Source of the DNA: an uncultured Gammaproteobacteria bacterium
GTDB taxonomy: Bacteria > Pseudomonadota > Gammaproteobacteria > Arenicellales > JAANXG01
Direction: 5' to 3'
DNA length: 64,000 nt
NCBI GenBank assembly: GCA_947259705.1
Contig: CAMYNL010000002.1
Location: 9,868-73,867 of the forward strand
Part shown: piece by piece, positions 53,256 to 63,015 of the stretch
Layout: each line of letters opens with the position of its first letter
How positions within the stretch are numbered: position 1 is the first letter of the stretch
Program-made: the position numbers and the translations under genes
Notes under the pieces: model-generated
What the model saw: the letters and a program-made list of their open reading frames with translations, nothing else
Databases searched by the model: none
Told to the model about the DNA's origin: nothing

Positions 53256-54701
53256 ATGCCCGGTGACGCGAAATCCCTCTCCCGCCTGTTGCTGAGCTAC
53301 GAGCTGGCGTTCACCCTGCTGATCGTGGTGACAGCCAGCGTGGGCGGCGTCTGGGTGTATTTCTGGCAGCAGAACTCCCGGGCGTCACTGGAGATAAACC
53401 GCCTTTCCTATGATGCGCAGCAGCTGCGCGCCGACCTGTACCGCCAGATCCGCGAGGTCTACGTGGCCAGCCGTGCCCAGGACCCGCGGGTCCTCGACAA
53501 GTACTGGACCCACATCTATGACATCGACCGCCGGTTCCATGCGCTGGAACAGGTGGTGACCGGCGGCGAGGCCTCCGCGATCCGCGGCATGCGCAACGCC
53601 TACGAAATGCTGCAGGCGCAATTGAACCGGGTACTGTCGCAGTCAGTCAGCGAGAGCCGGCGTGAGCGCATCATTCAACCTGCCTACGAGTTCTGGCTGC
53701 AGGGAGAATTCGAATCCGAGTTCGCCCGCCTGAACCAGTTGATCGCCGAGCGCCGCGCCCTGCTGGACCGGCGCCTGGCGCGCTGGAACCGCGTCGCCCC
53801 CTGGCTGCTGCCGGTGCCGATCCTGCTCGCGGTGTGGTTGCTGGGACGCTCGCACCGGCGGCTGCGGCGGGAGTTTTCGCAGCCCATGGCCGAACTGAAA
53901 AGCGGCGCAGAGCAGATCAGCGAGGGCAGGCTGGAGCACCGCGTCAATGAGCAAGGGGCCGAGGAAGTGGCCCTGCTGGCGCGGACGATCAATCAGATGG
54001 CGGCGGAACTCGCAGCCAGCCGCGACGAACTGGTGGAGAAGGAGCGACAAGCGGCGCTGGGCGCGCTGGTGCCCGTTGTCGCCCATAACATACGCAACCC
54101 GCTGGCCAGCATCAGGGCCTCGGCGCAGATCCTCGATCCGGCTGATCGCGCCGAGCTGGACGAGACCCGGCGCGGCATCATCGATACAGTGGACCGGTTG
54201 GAACGCTGGGTCAGCGCACTGCTTTCCTACCTGCATCCGCAGACACCCAGGCGCAGCGAGGCGCAGCTCGAGGAGATCATCAATGGGGCGCTGGCACCCC
54301 TGCGGGCCAGGGCACGCGACAAGGACGTCCAGCTACACCACCATGCGGCCCCACCGGGGCGTAGCCTGCTGATAGACAGCGCGTTGATGGAGCAGGCGAT
54401 CCACGGCTTGGTGCTCAACGCGCTGGAGGCGGCTCCCGACGGCAGCACCATCGATATCAGGCGCCAGGAGCAGGGACGGGGCGCGGTGATACTGATCGAG
54501 GATGAGGGCACAGGGATGCCCTTCGACCCCAGCCCCGGCGATTTCTCTCCGGGCCCGACCACCAAACCGTCGGGTACCGGCCTGGGGATACCTTTCGCCC
54601 ACAAGGTGATACATGCCCATGGTGGTACACTGGAATTCGAAGGCAGAAGGAAACACGGAACGCGGGTCCGCGTCACCATCCCCTACCAAGGAAACACATG
54701 A
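53256..54701 (+). CDS. sensor histidine kinase (2 TM, HAMP, HisKA, HATPase_c)
   Basis: ATG at 53256. HAMP segment ...EEVALLARTINQMAAEL, H-box VVAHNIRNPLASI and G-boxes EDEGTGM / GTGLGIPF. Confidence 0.85.
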   Translation: MPGDAKSLSRLLLSYELAFTLLIVVTASVGGVWVYFWQQNSRASLEINRLSYDAQQLRADLYRQIREVYVASRAQDPRVLDKYWTHIYDIDRRFHALEQVVTGGEASAIRGMRNAYEMLQAQLNRVLSQSVSESRRERIIQPAYEFWLQGEFESEFARLNQLIAERRALLDRRLARWNRVAPWLLPVPILLAVWLLGRSHRRLRREFSQPMAELKSGAEQISEGRLEHRVNEQGAEEVALLARTINQMAAELAASRDELVEKERQAALGALVPVVAHNIRNPLASIRASAQILDPADRAELDETRRGIIDTVDRLERWVSALLSYLHPQTPRRSEAQLEEIINGALAPLRARARDKDVQLHHHAAPPGRSLLIDSALMEQAIHGLVLNALEAAPDGSTIDIRRQEQGRGAVILIEDEGTGMPFDPSPGDFSPGPTTKPSGTGLGIPFAHKVIHAHGGTLEFEGRRKHGTRVRVTIPYQGNT

Positions 54702-56089
54702 GCGGTCCCGAGAGCACGATCCGTATTGCGCTGGTGGAAGACGAGGCATTGTTCGCCAAGGCGGTGGAGCGGACCCTGAATCGGCATGGTTACGAAACCA
54801 CGGTCTTCGGCTCACTGTCTGCGGCCGCGGAGGCGGTGCCCGCGCTGCAGCCGGACCTGATGCTGCTGGACATGCGTCTCCCCGACGGCTCGGGCCTGGA
54901 TTACCTGGAGCGCCTGCGCGGCGACAAGTCCGCGCAGGCGGTGGTGGTAATGACCGCGTTCGGCGACCTTGAGAACGCCGTCGCTGCGATGAAGCTCGGG
55001 GCCCTGGATTACCTCAAGAAGCCCATCGACATGGACGACCTGGTGCATGCCGTGGACAAGGCACTGGAACAGGTGCAGCTAACGCGCAGACTCGGCTATT
55101 CGCGGCAGCGCGAAGCGCGGGGCAACCGGGAGAACACGTTGCTGGGAGAAAACCCGCAGATCGTGGAGCTGCGGGAGGAGATCGCCCACATCGGCGCGAT
55201 CAGCACCCGCACCGACGAACCCCCTCCAACGGTGCTGATCCTGGCTGAGACAGGCTGCGGCAAGGACCTGGTGGCCAGGGCGCTGCACGATGCCAGCGCC
55301 CGCCGCGACCGCCCGTTCGTGCAGGTCGATTGCGCCGCCCTCCCCGACGAGCTTATCGAGTCGGAATTGTTCGGGCACGAGAAAGGGGCCTTCACCAGTG
55401 CCCATAGACAACGCAGCGGGCTTATCGAGGCGGCCGAAGACGGTACCGTGTTTCTTGACGAGATCGGTGAACTGCCGCTGGACCTGCAGGCGAAACTGCT
55501 CGCGGTGCTGGAACGACGCAAGGTGCGCGCGGTCGGCAGTACGCGGGAACGGGACACCCAGGCCTGGTTCATCGCCGCCACCAACCGGGATCTCAATGCG
55601 ATGGTGGCCAACGGGGCTTTTCGCTCCGACCTCTACTTTCGCCTCAACATCGTCACCCTCAGCATACCGCCCCTGCGCGAGCGCGGGGGCGACGTGCAGC
55701 TGCTGGCCCGACATTTCGCCGCCCAGGCCACGCGTCGTTACGGCGTCACGGGCATAGAACTGAAACCGGAGATTATCGACCAACTGGACCGATATGCGTG
55801 GCCGGGCAACGTGCGCGAACTCGCCCACGTCATGGAACGCGCCGTGCTGTTGAGCCGGGACGGCAATGTCACCGCCGCTCAACTCGCCCTGGCCCCGCCA
55901 CGGGATACCGCAAGTGCAGAGGCTGCCCTGGACAACCTGACGCTGGAGGAGGCGGAACTGCGGCTGATCCGCCATGCCCTGCAGAGAACCCGCGGTAACG
56001 TGTCGGAGGCGGCGCGGCGCCTCGGTGTTACCCGGATGACGATGCGCCACCGGATCAAGAAGTACGGCCTGGACGACCGCGACAGCTGA
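54698..56089 (+). CDS. sigma-54-dependent response regulator (NtrC family)
   Basis: REC domain (LMLLDMRLPDGSG), AAA+ domain (AETGCGKD, GAFTSA, ELGELPL) and C-terminal HTH NVSEAARRLGVTRMTMRHRIKKYG. Overlaps the kinase stop. Confidence 0.9.
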   Translation: MSGPESTIRIALVEDEALFAKAVERTLNRHGYETTVFGSLSAAAEAVPALQPDLMLLDMRLPDGSGLDYLERLRGDKSAQAVVVMTAFGDLENAVAAMKLGALDYLKKPIDMDDLVHAVDKALEQVQLTRRLGYSRQREARGNRENTLLGENPQIVELREEIAHIGAISTRTDEPPPTVLILAETGCGKDLVARALHDASARRDRPFVQVDCAALPDELIESELFGHEKGAFTSAHRQRSGLIEAAEDGTVFLDEIGELPLDLQAKLLAVLERRKVRAVGSTRERDTQAWFIAATNRDLNAMVANGAFRSDLYFRLNIVTLSIPPLRERGGDVQLLARHFAAQATRRYGVTGIELKPEIIDQLDRYAWPGNVRELAHVMERAVLLSRDGNVTAAQLALAPPRDTASAEAALDNLTLEEAELRLIRHALQRTRGNVSEAARRLGVTRMTMRHRIKKYGLDDRDS

Positions 56090-56099
56090 CGCCGACGCG

Positions 56100-56903
56100 T
56101 CAGCGCCCCTTGCGAGACACCAGGCCCCGCTGAGGATCATAACCGTACACCGCCAGGGCGAAAAACACGCAGAGACTTGCCGCCACCACCGCCAGGCTCA
56201 CCGGATTGAACTGCCCGTAGAGGGAAAAACGAATCAACTCCACGGCATGGGTAAACGGGTTGAAGCGCGCCAGCTGGTAGACCCATTCCGCGCCCGCTTC
56301 CTGCAGCTTCCAAAGCGGATACAGCGCCGAGGATATGAAGAACATCGGGAATATCACGAAATTCATGGTGCCGGCGAAGTTCTCCAGCTGCTTGATCGTC
56401 ACCGACAAGAGCAGGCCCAGTGCCCCCAGCATCATCCCGCAAAGGATGATCACGGGTAGCGCGTACAGCCACCCCAGCCAGGGGATATCAACCTGAAACG
56501 CCGCACACAGCAGCAGGAACGCATAGGCCTGCAAGGTGGACAGCAGGGTGCCCGCCCCGAGCTTGCACAGCAGCAGATACCAGCGCGGCAGCGGAGCGGT
56601 GAGCAGCAAGCGCATCAATCCCATCTCACGGTCGTAGACCATCGCCAGCGACGACTGCATGCCGTTGAACAGCAGCACCATGGCCAGCAGGCCCGGGACG
56701 ATGTAGACCTGGTACTCGATATAGGTCTCGTAGGGGGGGATAACGGCGACCCCGAAGACGTTCTGGAAACCCGCCGCGAATACGATCAGCCATAGGGCGG
56801 GCCTCACCAGCGCCGATAACAGCCGCCCGGTCTGGTGGACGAACTTGACGACCTCGCGGCTGCCGAGAGCGATGGCGGCCTGGGCGGCGTGGGCAGGCTT
56901 CAT
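56100..56903 (-). CDS. ABC-2 type transporter permease (PedC-like)
   Basis: 267 aa with six TM helices. Last gene of the PQQ-associated ABC cluster. Confidence 0.8.
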   Translation of the reverse strand: MKPAHAAQAAIALGSREVVKFVHQTGRLLSALVRPALWLIVFAAGFQNVFGVAVIPPYETYIEYQVYIVPGLLAMVLLFNGMQSSLAMVYDREMGLMRLLLTAPLPRWYLLLCKLGAGTLLSTLQAYAFLLLCAAFQVDIPWLGWLYALPVIILCGMMLGALGLLLSVTIKQLENFAGTMNFVIFPMFFISSALYPLWKLQEAGAEWVYQLARFNPFTHAVELIRFSLYGQFNPVSLAVVAASLCVFFALAVYGYDPQRGLVSRKGR

Positions 56904-56931
56904 GTTTCACCCCTCGTTCTCGCACGTCCGT

Positions 56932-58110
56932 TCATAACTTGCAGCGGTTCTCGCGTTGGTCGAAACCCAGCGTGTCGAGATTGTTGCTCTGGTGCAGAAA
57001 ACCTTCCAGTGGCGCCTGGGCGACCACCCAGTTACCCGTGGTGAGGAAGACGGGCTGCCGCAGCTGGTTGTTCCAGGAGCGGAAGTTCAGGGGATAACCC
57101 TTGACCCCGTCCAGTGTTATTTCGCCTCCACGAATATAATCGCGCAATTCCGACAGCTCGCTGGACCGGGTTCTCAGCACCGCCTCTGTAATGACCTTAA
57201 CCGCCATCCACGCCGACCAGTCATAGCCGGTCATGGGCCGATTCTCGCGCTTGAGGAACCGCTTGTTCACCTGGGGTGCACCGTGGCGTTCCCACGCCCA
57301 GTGCCACCAGTCGGCGACCAGCCCTGCGGCACCGACCACTGGCCTCGGTTTCTGTACCTGGTACGGGACGTCGCGGGCGAACTCGCCCTGGCTGTCCACC
57401 ACGTAGACGACCTCGTAGTCCTCCCCAGCAGTCAACAGGGCGACGTTGTTCTGGCTGCGCTGGCGCGGATCGCGCCCGAGAACGAAGTCCTTCTCCGCTT
57501 CCACCTTCAGTCCGTAGCGCTTGGCCGAGCGCTGAAATGCCCGGTAGTACTCGGCATCACCCTGCTGCGAACCTTTCAATACCAGCAGATCGCGCCACTT
57601 CTTGAACACCAGATACTGGGCCAGGGCATCGGTGAGCATGCTGCGGCTGGGGGCGGTGTGGAAAAGGTTCTTGTGGCACTGCTCCTGGCGCAGCGCATCA
57701 TCGAGCGCCGACACGTTGAACAGCAGGGCCGGCTGCTGGTCAGAGAGCGCGGCGATACCAGCGACCATCACCGCCGGCAGGTCCAGCAGAAATATCCGCA
57801 CGCCCTGTCCGTAGCGTTCCCGGAACAGCTGACCGGCCTGGTCCGCCGATGTGACGGCTCGGCGTTCGAGCTCCAGCTTGGTCCCGGCGGCACTCATCGC
57901 GAAGCGCGCCTCCTTAACCGCCACCGCCGCGCCGGCGTAGGGCCGTCCCCAGGGCTGGGCGGGAAACCGTGCCTCCACCGCCCGCTCCCGGTAGCGCGGG
58001 TCGTCATCCCATTCCAGCAGCACCAGGTTCAAGTTCCCGTTGCCGGCCGCCCACGCCGCCGCCGGTATCCACAGCACCAGCGCCGCGGCCACTGTCTTGA
58101 ACCACCTCAT
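56932..58110 (-). CDS. PQQ-dependent alcohol dehydrogenase system ABC substrate-binding protein (PedB-like, LivK fold)
   Basis: 392 aa with signal peptide and a type-I periplasmic binding fold-like sequence. Conserved cluster context. Confidence 0.75.
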   Translation of the reverse strand: MRWFKTVAAALVLWIPAAAWAAGNGNLNLVLLEWDDDPRYRERAVEARFPAQPWGRPYAGAAVAVKEARFAMSAAGTKLELERRAVTSADQAGQLFRERYGQGVRIFLLDLPAVMVAGIAALSDQQPALLFNVSALDDALRQEQCHKNLFHTAPSRSMLTDALAQYLVFKKWRDLLVLKGSQQGDAEYYRAFQRSAKRYGLKVEAEKDFVLGRDPRQRSQNNVALLTAGEDYEVVYVVDSQGEFARDVPYQVQKPRPVVGAAGLVADWWHWAWERHGAPQVNKRFLKRENRPMTGYDWSAWMAVKVITEAVLRTRSSELSELRDYIRGGEITLDGVKGYPLNFRSWNNQLRQPVFLTTGNWVVAQAPLEGFLHQSNNLDTLGFDQRENRCKL

Positions 58111-58112
58111 GG

Positions 58113-59087
58113 CTAGTTGTCCACCACCACGTCATGCGGTACCCGGCCCGCGGGGACCGAGCGGACCACCTTGAGGCTGCCGGTATCGATCACCGACATG
58201 TCATCGCTCTTCCCGTTGGTCACGTACAAGGTTCGCTCGTCCGGGCTCAGTGCGACCCCCCAGGCACGTTTTCCGACCAGCACATACTGTTTCACCTCGC
58301 GGGTCGGCACGTCCACCACCGCGAAATGGTTGGCACCCCCCAGGGTTACGTAGGCGGTGGCGCCGTCACGCGTCATTACCATGCCCACCGGGGTCACGTC
58401 CTCGGCGCGAAAGCCCTTGGGCTTGAATTCGATCTCACCAACCACCTGGTTGCTGGCCGGATCGATGATGGTTACCGTACCGCCCACCTCGTTGGTCACC
58501 CACAACTGCTTCTGATCCGGCGTCAAGGCGAACCGCCGCGGCCGGTTACCGACCACTATGTTGGCGACCAGCTCACGGCTCGAGGCATCCACTACGTGCA
58601 CGATGTTGGCGACCTCGGAAGTGACATAAACACGCTGGTTGTCGGGGCTCACCAACACCCCTTCGGGTTCCTCGCCGACCTCGATCTCGGCCACCACCTC
58701 GTCTGCGCCCAGGTCATAGATGGTCAGCAGACCCTCGTCCTCGTTGGAGGCGTAGAGATACTTGCCGTCCGGGCTGATATCGAAACGATCCGGATCGTCC
58801 CCGATGGCAATCGACTTTTCCACCGTCAGCGAAGCCACATCTATTACGTCGATGGCATCATCGTCGCCGCAGGCCACATACAGCTTGCTGTGGTCAGCGC
58901 TGAATTTCATTGCCCGCGGCCGCTCACTGGTCTGGATTTCCTTGACCTTCTTCAGTGATCCAGGCTCGAACACCGTTACCACGTGATCCTTTTCGCTGCT
59001 GACAAACACATAGCCGGTACCCTTGGCATGGGCGCCCAGGCTCGCCACGAGCAGCGCGAGCGGTACCAGGTACTTCCTCAATCTCAT
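58113..59087 (-). CDS. PQQ-dependent catabolism-associated beta-propeller protein (YVTN repeats, PedA2-like)
   Basis: 324 aa with signal peptide and repeated ...P.G(V/I)..SPDG..LYV(T/A)N... units. Confidence 0.8.
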   Translation of the reverse strand: MRLRKYLVPLALLVASLGAHAKGTGYVFVSSEKDHVVTVFEPGSLKKVKEIQTSERPRAMKFSADHSKLYVACGDDDAIDVIDVASLTVEKSIAIGDDPDRFDISPDGKYLYASNEDEGLLTIYDLGADEVVAEIEVGEEPEGVLVSPDNQRVYVTSEVANIVHVVDASSRELVANIVVGNRPRRFALTPDQKQLWVTNEVGGTVTIIDPASNQVVGEIEFKPKGFRAEDVTPVGMVMTRDGATAYVTLGGANHFAVVDVPTREVKQYVLVGKRAWGVALSPDERTLYVTNGKSDDMSVIDTGSLKVVRSVPAGRVPHDVVVDN

Positions 59088-59107
59088 CGTCTTCTCCAGA
59101 TCATCAG

Positions 59108-59866
59108 TCAGTTCGTATTGACGCCGGTCATGGTCAGGAAGGCATCGGCCAGCGTCGGTTGATTGGCATGCTCGATGAGGGACTGCGGCGTCCCCTGGGC
59201 CAGCAACTGGCCCTTGTGCAGCACCAGCACGCGATTGGCGCGTTCCGCTTCATCCACCAGGTGCGTCGCCCACAGCACGGAAAGACTGCGCTGTCGGCAC
59301 AGCGATGTCACATACCCCACCAACTGTTCCCGCGAAGCTGGGTCCAGCCCCACCGTGGCCTCGTCCATGAAGAGTATGTTGGGTTCGTGGAGCAGCGAAC
59401 GGGCGAGTTCGACCTTGCGGCGGTTGCCGCCGCTGAGGCTGCGCGCGGGCTCGTCGGCCCGGTCCATGAGGTCGAGCCGCTCCAGCTCCTCCCGGATTCG
59501 GCGGCGGGCGACCGCCCGGGGAATGCCGTGGAGGCGGCAGTGGAAGCGGAGATTGGCCGCCACCGTGAGGTCCAGGTCCAGGGTCGCTTGCTGGAACACC
59601 ACGCCGATTCCGGCCAACGCCGCCACCGGGTTGGCGCCTATGTGGTGCCCACCAACCTCAATGCTGCCTTCGTCCGCCACGAACAGGCCAGTGAGCAGTT
59701 GAAACAGGGTCGTCTTGCCCGCCCCGTTGGGACCCAGTAGGGCGACGAATTCGCCGGCGTGAAGCTGCAGGTCAATACCGTTGAGCGCCATGCGGGACCC
59801 ATAGGATTTACTGACACCGCTGACCTTGAGGGTCACCGCATGTTGCGCCCGGTCGCGTGCGCTCAT
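59108..59866 (-). CDS. ABC transporter ATP-binding protein (PedA1-like)
   Basis: Walker A GPNGAGKTT, signature LSGGNRRKV and Walker B ILFMDEAT. Confidence 0.9.
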   Translation of the reverse strand: MSARDRAQHAVTLKVSGVSKSYGSRMALNGIDLQLHAGEFVALLGPNGAGKTTLFQLLTGLFVADEGSIEVGGHHIGANPVAALAGIGVVFQQATLDLDLTVAANLRFHCRLHGIPRAVARRRIREELERLDLMDRADEPARSLSGGNRRKVELARSLLHEPNILFMDEATVGLDPASREQLVGYVTSLCRQRSLSVLWATHLVDEAERANRVLVLHKGQLLAQGTPQSLIEHANQPTLADAFLTMTGVNTN

Positions 59867-60666
59867 GCCGATCTCCTTTGCGGGGAACCGGTTTCCGGTG
59901 CCCCGCCCGCGATGGCCGGTACGCGGCCGGACAGTATTTTCGGGTATTCCCGAAGTATCTTCTCGTACAGTTTCTGAATGCTGGTATCGTTCAGGTCCCG
60001 AGGTCGCGGTATATCTATCTCCAGTTCGTGGATCACGCGCCCGGGACTCGAGGACAAAAACACGATTCGATCGCTGAGCGCTATGGCCTCGCGCAAGTGA
60101 TGGGTCACGAATAGCACCGTGGGTTTCAGCTCACGCCACAAGGACAGCAGCAGGTTGCGCAGGCGCTGGGCGGTAGGTTCGTCCAGGGACACGAACGGCT
60201 CGTCCATCAGCAGCAGATCAGGGCGCACCGCGAACGCCCGCGCCAGCGACACCCGTCGTTGCATGCCGCCGGAAAGCTGGCCCGGGAAGCTCTCCGCGCG
60301 TCCGCTCAAACCAACCTGTTCCAGCAGGCGGACCACGTCGTCGCGCTGCCGCACACCGGCAAGAACCAGCTCGATATTCTGCGCCACGGTAAGCCAGGGC
60401 ATGAGCCGGGGTTCCTGGAACATGTAACCGATGCGGGCCGGATGATGGGAAGAGCCGGTAACGATCCTGCCGCCGGCGGTGACGCTGCCGCCGTAATCGT
60501 GGTCCAGGCCGCCGACGATATTCAGTATGGTGCTCTTGCCCGCTCCCGAGGGGCCCACCAGGCTGACGAATTCCCCCGTCGCGGCGGTAAAACGGCATTC
60601 CGCCAGCGCTTCAACGCCACCGCTGGCGAAGTGTTTTCGTGCGATCTCGACCGCGATTTCCGTCAT
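59863..60666 (-). CDS. ABC transporter ATP-binding protein, NitT/TauT (nitrate/sulfonate/bicarbonate) type
   Basis: ATG at 60666 overlaps the permease TGA. GPSGAGKST, LSGGMQRRV and LLMDEPF. Confidence 0.85.
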   Translation of the reverse strand: MTEIAVEIARKHFASGGVEALAECRFTAATGEFVSLVGPSGAGKSTILNIVGGLDHDYGGSVTAGGRIVTGSSHHPARIGYMFQEPRLMPWLTVAQNIELVLAGVRQRDDVVRLLEQVGLSGRAESFPGQLSGGMQRRVSLARAFAVRPDLLLMDEPFVSLDEPTAQRLRNLLLSLWRELKPTVLFVTHHLREAIALSDRIVFLSSSPGRVIHELEIDIPRPRDLNDTSIQKLYEKILREYPKILSGRVPAIAGGAPETGSPQRRSA

Positions 60667-61415
60667 GGCCGCCAGCGCGATATACGCGCGTCGATGGGCC
60701 GCATCAATATCGCTTCCACGACCAGCACTATGGTAGCGAAGGCCAGCGTGTAGGCCAGGATGCTGGTGATGTCGAAGAACTGGAAGAAGGTCCCGAGCTG
60801 AAAGCCGATCCCGTCGCTGCGGCCGAGTAGCTCCACCACCAGCACGATCTTCCAGATCAGGGCGAGGCCGGAGCGCGCTGCCGCCATCAGATAGGGATAC
60901 AGCTGGGGAACGTATACCTTGGTGAGTTTGCGGGTCCACGGGACGCGGAAGGCATCGGCGACCTCGAGCAGCTTGCGGTCAACGGCCCGTGCCCCCTCAC
61001 GGACGGTGACGATGACGGTGGGTATCTTGTTGATCGCGACGGCGGTTACAGCCGCCGCTTCCACCAGCCCGAACCAGATGTAACAAAGAATAATGGTCAC
61101 CAGCGCCGGTATGTTCAGGCCCAGGACCAGGACACCGTCCAGCAGGGTGTCGAGCATCGGATAGCGTCCCATGAGGATACCGACGGCGGTCCCAACCACC
61201 ATGGCGATGGCGAAGCTCAACACGACCCGCCACAGTGTTATCGCCAGGCTGGACAGCAACTCACCGTCGATCAGGTGACCCCACAGGCTGGCGACGACAC
61301 TGACAGGCGTGGGCAAGGTGGGGATGGCCAGCAGCTGCGCGGCGACTTGCCACAGCGCGATGAAACCCAGCAGTGACAGTGCGCGCAGCCAGGGCGCAGC
61401 CTTCACCGAGTTCAC
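60663..61415 (-). CDS. ABC transporter permease, NitT/TauT type
   Basis: About 250 aa from the GTG at 61415, which overlaps the binding-protein TGA. BPD-transport-like core with the EAA-type loop ...EVADAFRVPWTRKLTKVYVPQLYPYL. Confidence 0.8.
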   Translation of the reverse strand: MNSVKAAPWLRALSLLGFIALWQVAAQLLAIPTLPTPVSVVASLWGHLIDGELLSSLAITLWRVVLSFAIAMVVGTAVGILMGRYPMLDTLLDGVLVLGLNIPALVTIILCYIWFGLVEAAAVTAVAINKIPTVIVTVREGARAVDRKLLEVADAFRVPWTRKLTKVYVPQLYPYLMAAARSGLALIWKIVLVVELLGRSDGIGFQLGTFFQFFDITSILAYTLAFATIVLVVEAILMRPIDARISRWRP

Positions 61416-62395
61416 GGCAGCAGGGATTGCGGGGCCGTCTCCATCCAGAAGGTGCCGGCCGTGAGCTCGTTGCTGCGGCCCACCAGGTCCCGCCCACCTT
61501 CCTTCGCGAGCAGCGAAAACACCTGTCGCGCGGCGGTCAGTTCCGGTTCGCCGAACTGGCGCGGAATGCCTAGACGGTAGCTGTCGCGAAGCGCCGCCAG
61601 AGTCTTGTCGTCCTCCGCCTTGGTGAGAGGGCGGATGCGCTGCCACTCGTCTTCGTTGTCGTCGAGGATGGCCTTGGCGGCGTAGGAAGATCGCAGGAAC
61701 CCGACCAGGGCGTCCCGGTTCTGTGCCGCCCATTGTTCTTCAAACACCCAACCCAGCAGCGGGACGCTGCCGCTGACCCCCAGCCCCGCCATGATGTCCG
61801 TCACCTGTATCAGCGGACGCATCCCCGCGGCCTCCAGACGGGCGCCATAGTGCCAGTAGTTGAGCACCGCGGGCAGGTCGCCCTGCAGCATCAGCTGGTT
61901 GAGCAGGGGCGGCGCGGCGAAGGTCGGCTCCGCCGCCTGCTTGAGGTCCAGTCCCAAGGTCTTCTTGGAGTAGGCCCGCAACAGCAGCCAGCTCTTGTCC
62001 ACCGGCCCGCCCGCGATACCGAGTTTCTTGCCTTCGAGGTCAGCCAGCTTGATGATGCCCGCGTCCGGGCGCACGAACAGGGAACCGACGGTCAGCGAGT
62101 AAGGGAAAAAAACGAACTTCCTGCCCTCCGCACGCTGCCGGCTCACCCAGACCCAGTCAGTAACTATGATATCCACGGCATCACCCTGCAGCGCCACGCT
62201 GGTCGCATTCTTGGAGCCCAGCGGCACCACCGTCAGCGAGATACCGTTGTCAGCGCCCAGCTTGTGATGCTGAACGACGTCGAGCTCCCAGTTGACCGTG
62301 CCGAATTTCAACACGCCCACCCGGACCGGGGCGGTGTCGGCGTTCACAAAACCGGCAAACGCCGACAGTATGCAGGCCAGAAGAAGTCGTTTCAT
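61412..62395 (-). CDS. ABC transporter substrate-binding protein, NMT1/SsuA-like
   Basis: 327 aa with signal peptide MKRLLLACILSAFAGFVNA. It shows NMT1/SsuA-type features and heads the operon. Confidence 0.75.
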   Translation of the reverse strand: MKRLLLACILSAFAGFVNADTAPVRVGVLKFGTVNWELDVVQHHKLGADNGISLTVVPLGSKNATSVALQGDAVDIIVTDWVWVSRQRAEGRKFVFFPYSLTVGSLFVRPDAGIIKLADLEGKKLGIAGGPVDKSWLLLRAYSKKTLGLDLKQAAEPTFAAPPLLNQLMLQGDLPAVLNYWHYGARLEAAGMRPLIQVTDIMAGLGVSGSVPLLGWVFEEQWAAQNRDALVGFLRSSYAAKAILDDNEDEWQRIRPLTKAEDDKTLAALRDSYRLGIPRQFGEPELTAARQVFSLLAKEGGRDLVGRSNELTAGTFWMETAPQSLLP

Positions 62396-62448
62396 ATATT
62401 TCCCAATTTGCGGCCCGTGGCCGTTATCAAAGCATTGCGACGGATTCT

Positions 62449-62464
62449 AGCAATGCGGTCGCCA
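62449..62464 (-). promoter_or_regulatory. candidate sigma-54 promoter of the long ABC operon
   Basis: The minus strand reads TGGCGACCGCATTGCT. GG/GC spacing is correct, with two mismatches in the -24 hexamer. It lies about 55 nt upstream of the ATG at 62395. Confidence 0.4.
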
Positions 62465-62547
62465 CCACGACACCTCATCACGCACCCGTCACGAGGAATT
62501 GAGCACCATTCCGGGGTCGAAACGGCTGACCAGCCCGGTTCTGCGAG

Positions 62548-63015
62548 ATGCCCGATTTGAGCCAGCTTTGCCTGCTGCTTCTCGCCTTCATCGCCCAGCA
62601 CGGACATTACCCGGCGATGGAGGAATGTCCGTCCGTTCGCACCGTGAGCGTGCCGGAACTGATGTCAACGGCGTGCGAAGGCCGTCCGTGTCCGGCGCAG
62701 GGATTCTATGACCGGGAGACCGACGCCATCCTGCTGTCGGACGAAGTGGAACTGGCATTCGCACTCGGCCGCAGCATTCTGCTTCACGAGCTGGTGCACT
62801 ACGTTCAGGACCGCTCCGGTCGCTGGCAGGAGGACGACAATGCGTGCCGAGCCGGTATGATGCGCGAACTCCATGCCTTCCACCTGCAGGAACGATACCT
62901 GCTGGACCAGAACATTCGCATCCCCGTCAGCCAGAACATGATCTACTACCGTTGCGAGCTGCCGCCTGGCCCAGCCTCGCAGGCTGCGCGCAGGGCGTCG
63001 AGCAGGGCATTGTAG
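62548..63015 (+). CDS. hypothetical secreted protein with HExxH motif
   Basis: 155 aa with a signal-like N-terminus and SILLHELVHYV (HExxH). Its 3' 70 nt overlap the convergent SRPBCC gene, so the true end or reality of the ORF is uncertain. Confidence 0.45.
   Translation: MPDLSQLCLLLLAFIAQHGHYPAMEECPSVRTVSVPELMSTACEGRPCPAQGFYDRETDAILLSDEVELAFALGRSILLHELVHYVQDRSGRWQEDDNACRAGMMRELHAFHLQERYLLDQNIRIPVSQNMIYYRCELPPGPASQAARRASSRAL

Noticed and set aside
56086-56103. 7-bp palindrome ctgacgc/gcgtcag containing both convergent stop codons (RR gene and ABC-2 permease)
   Set aside because: The stem is short with no U-runs. It is probably a coincidence of two TGA/TCA stops 10 nt apart, and too weak to call a terminator.
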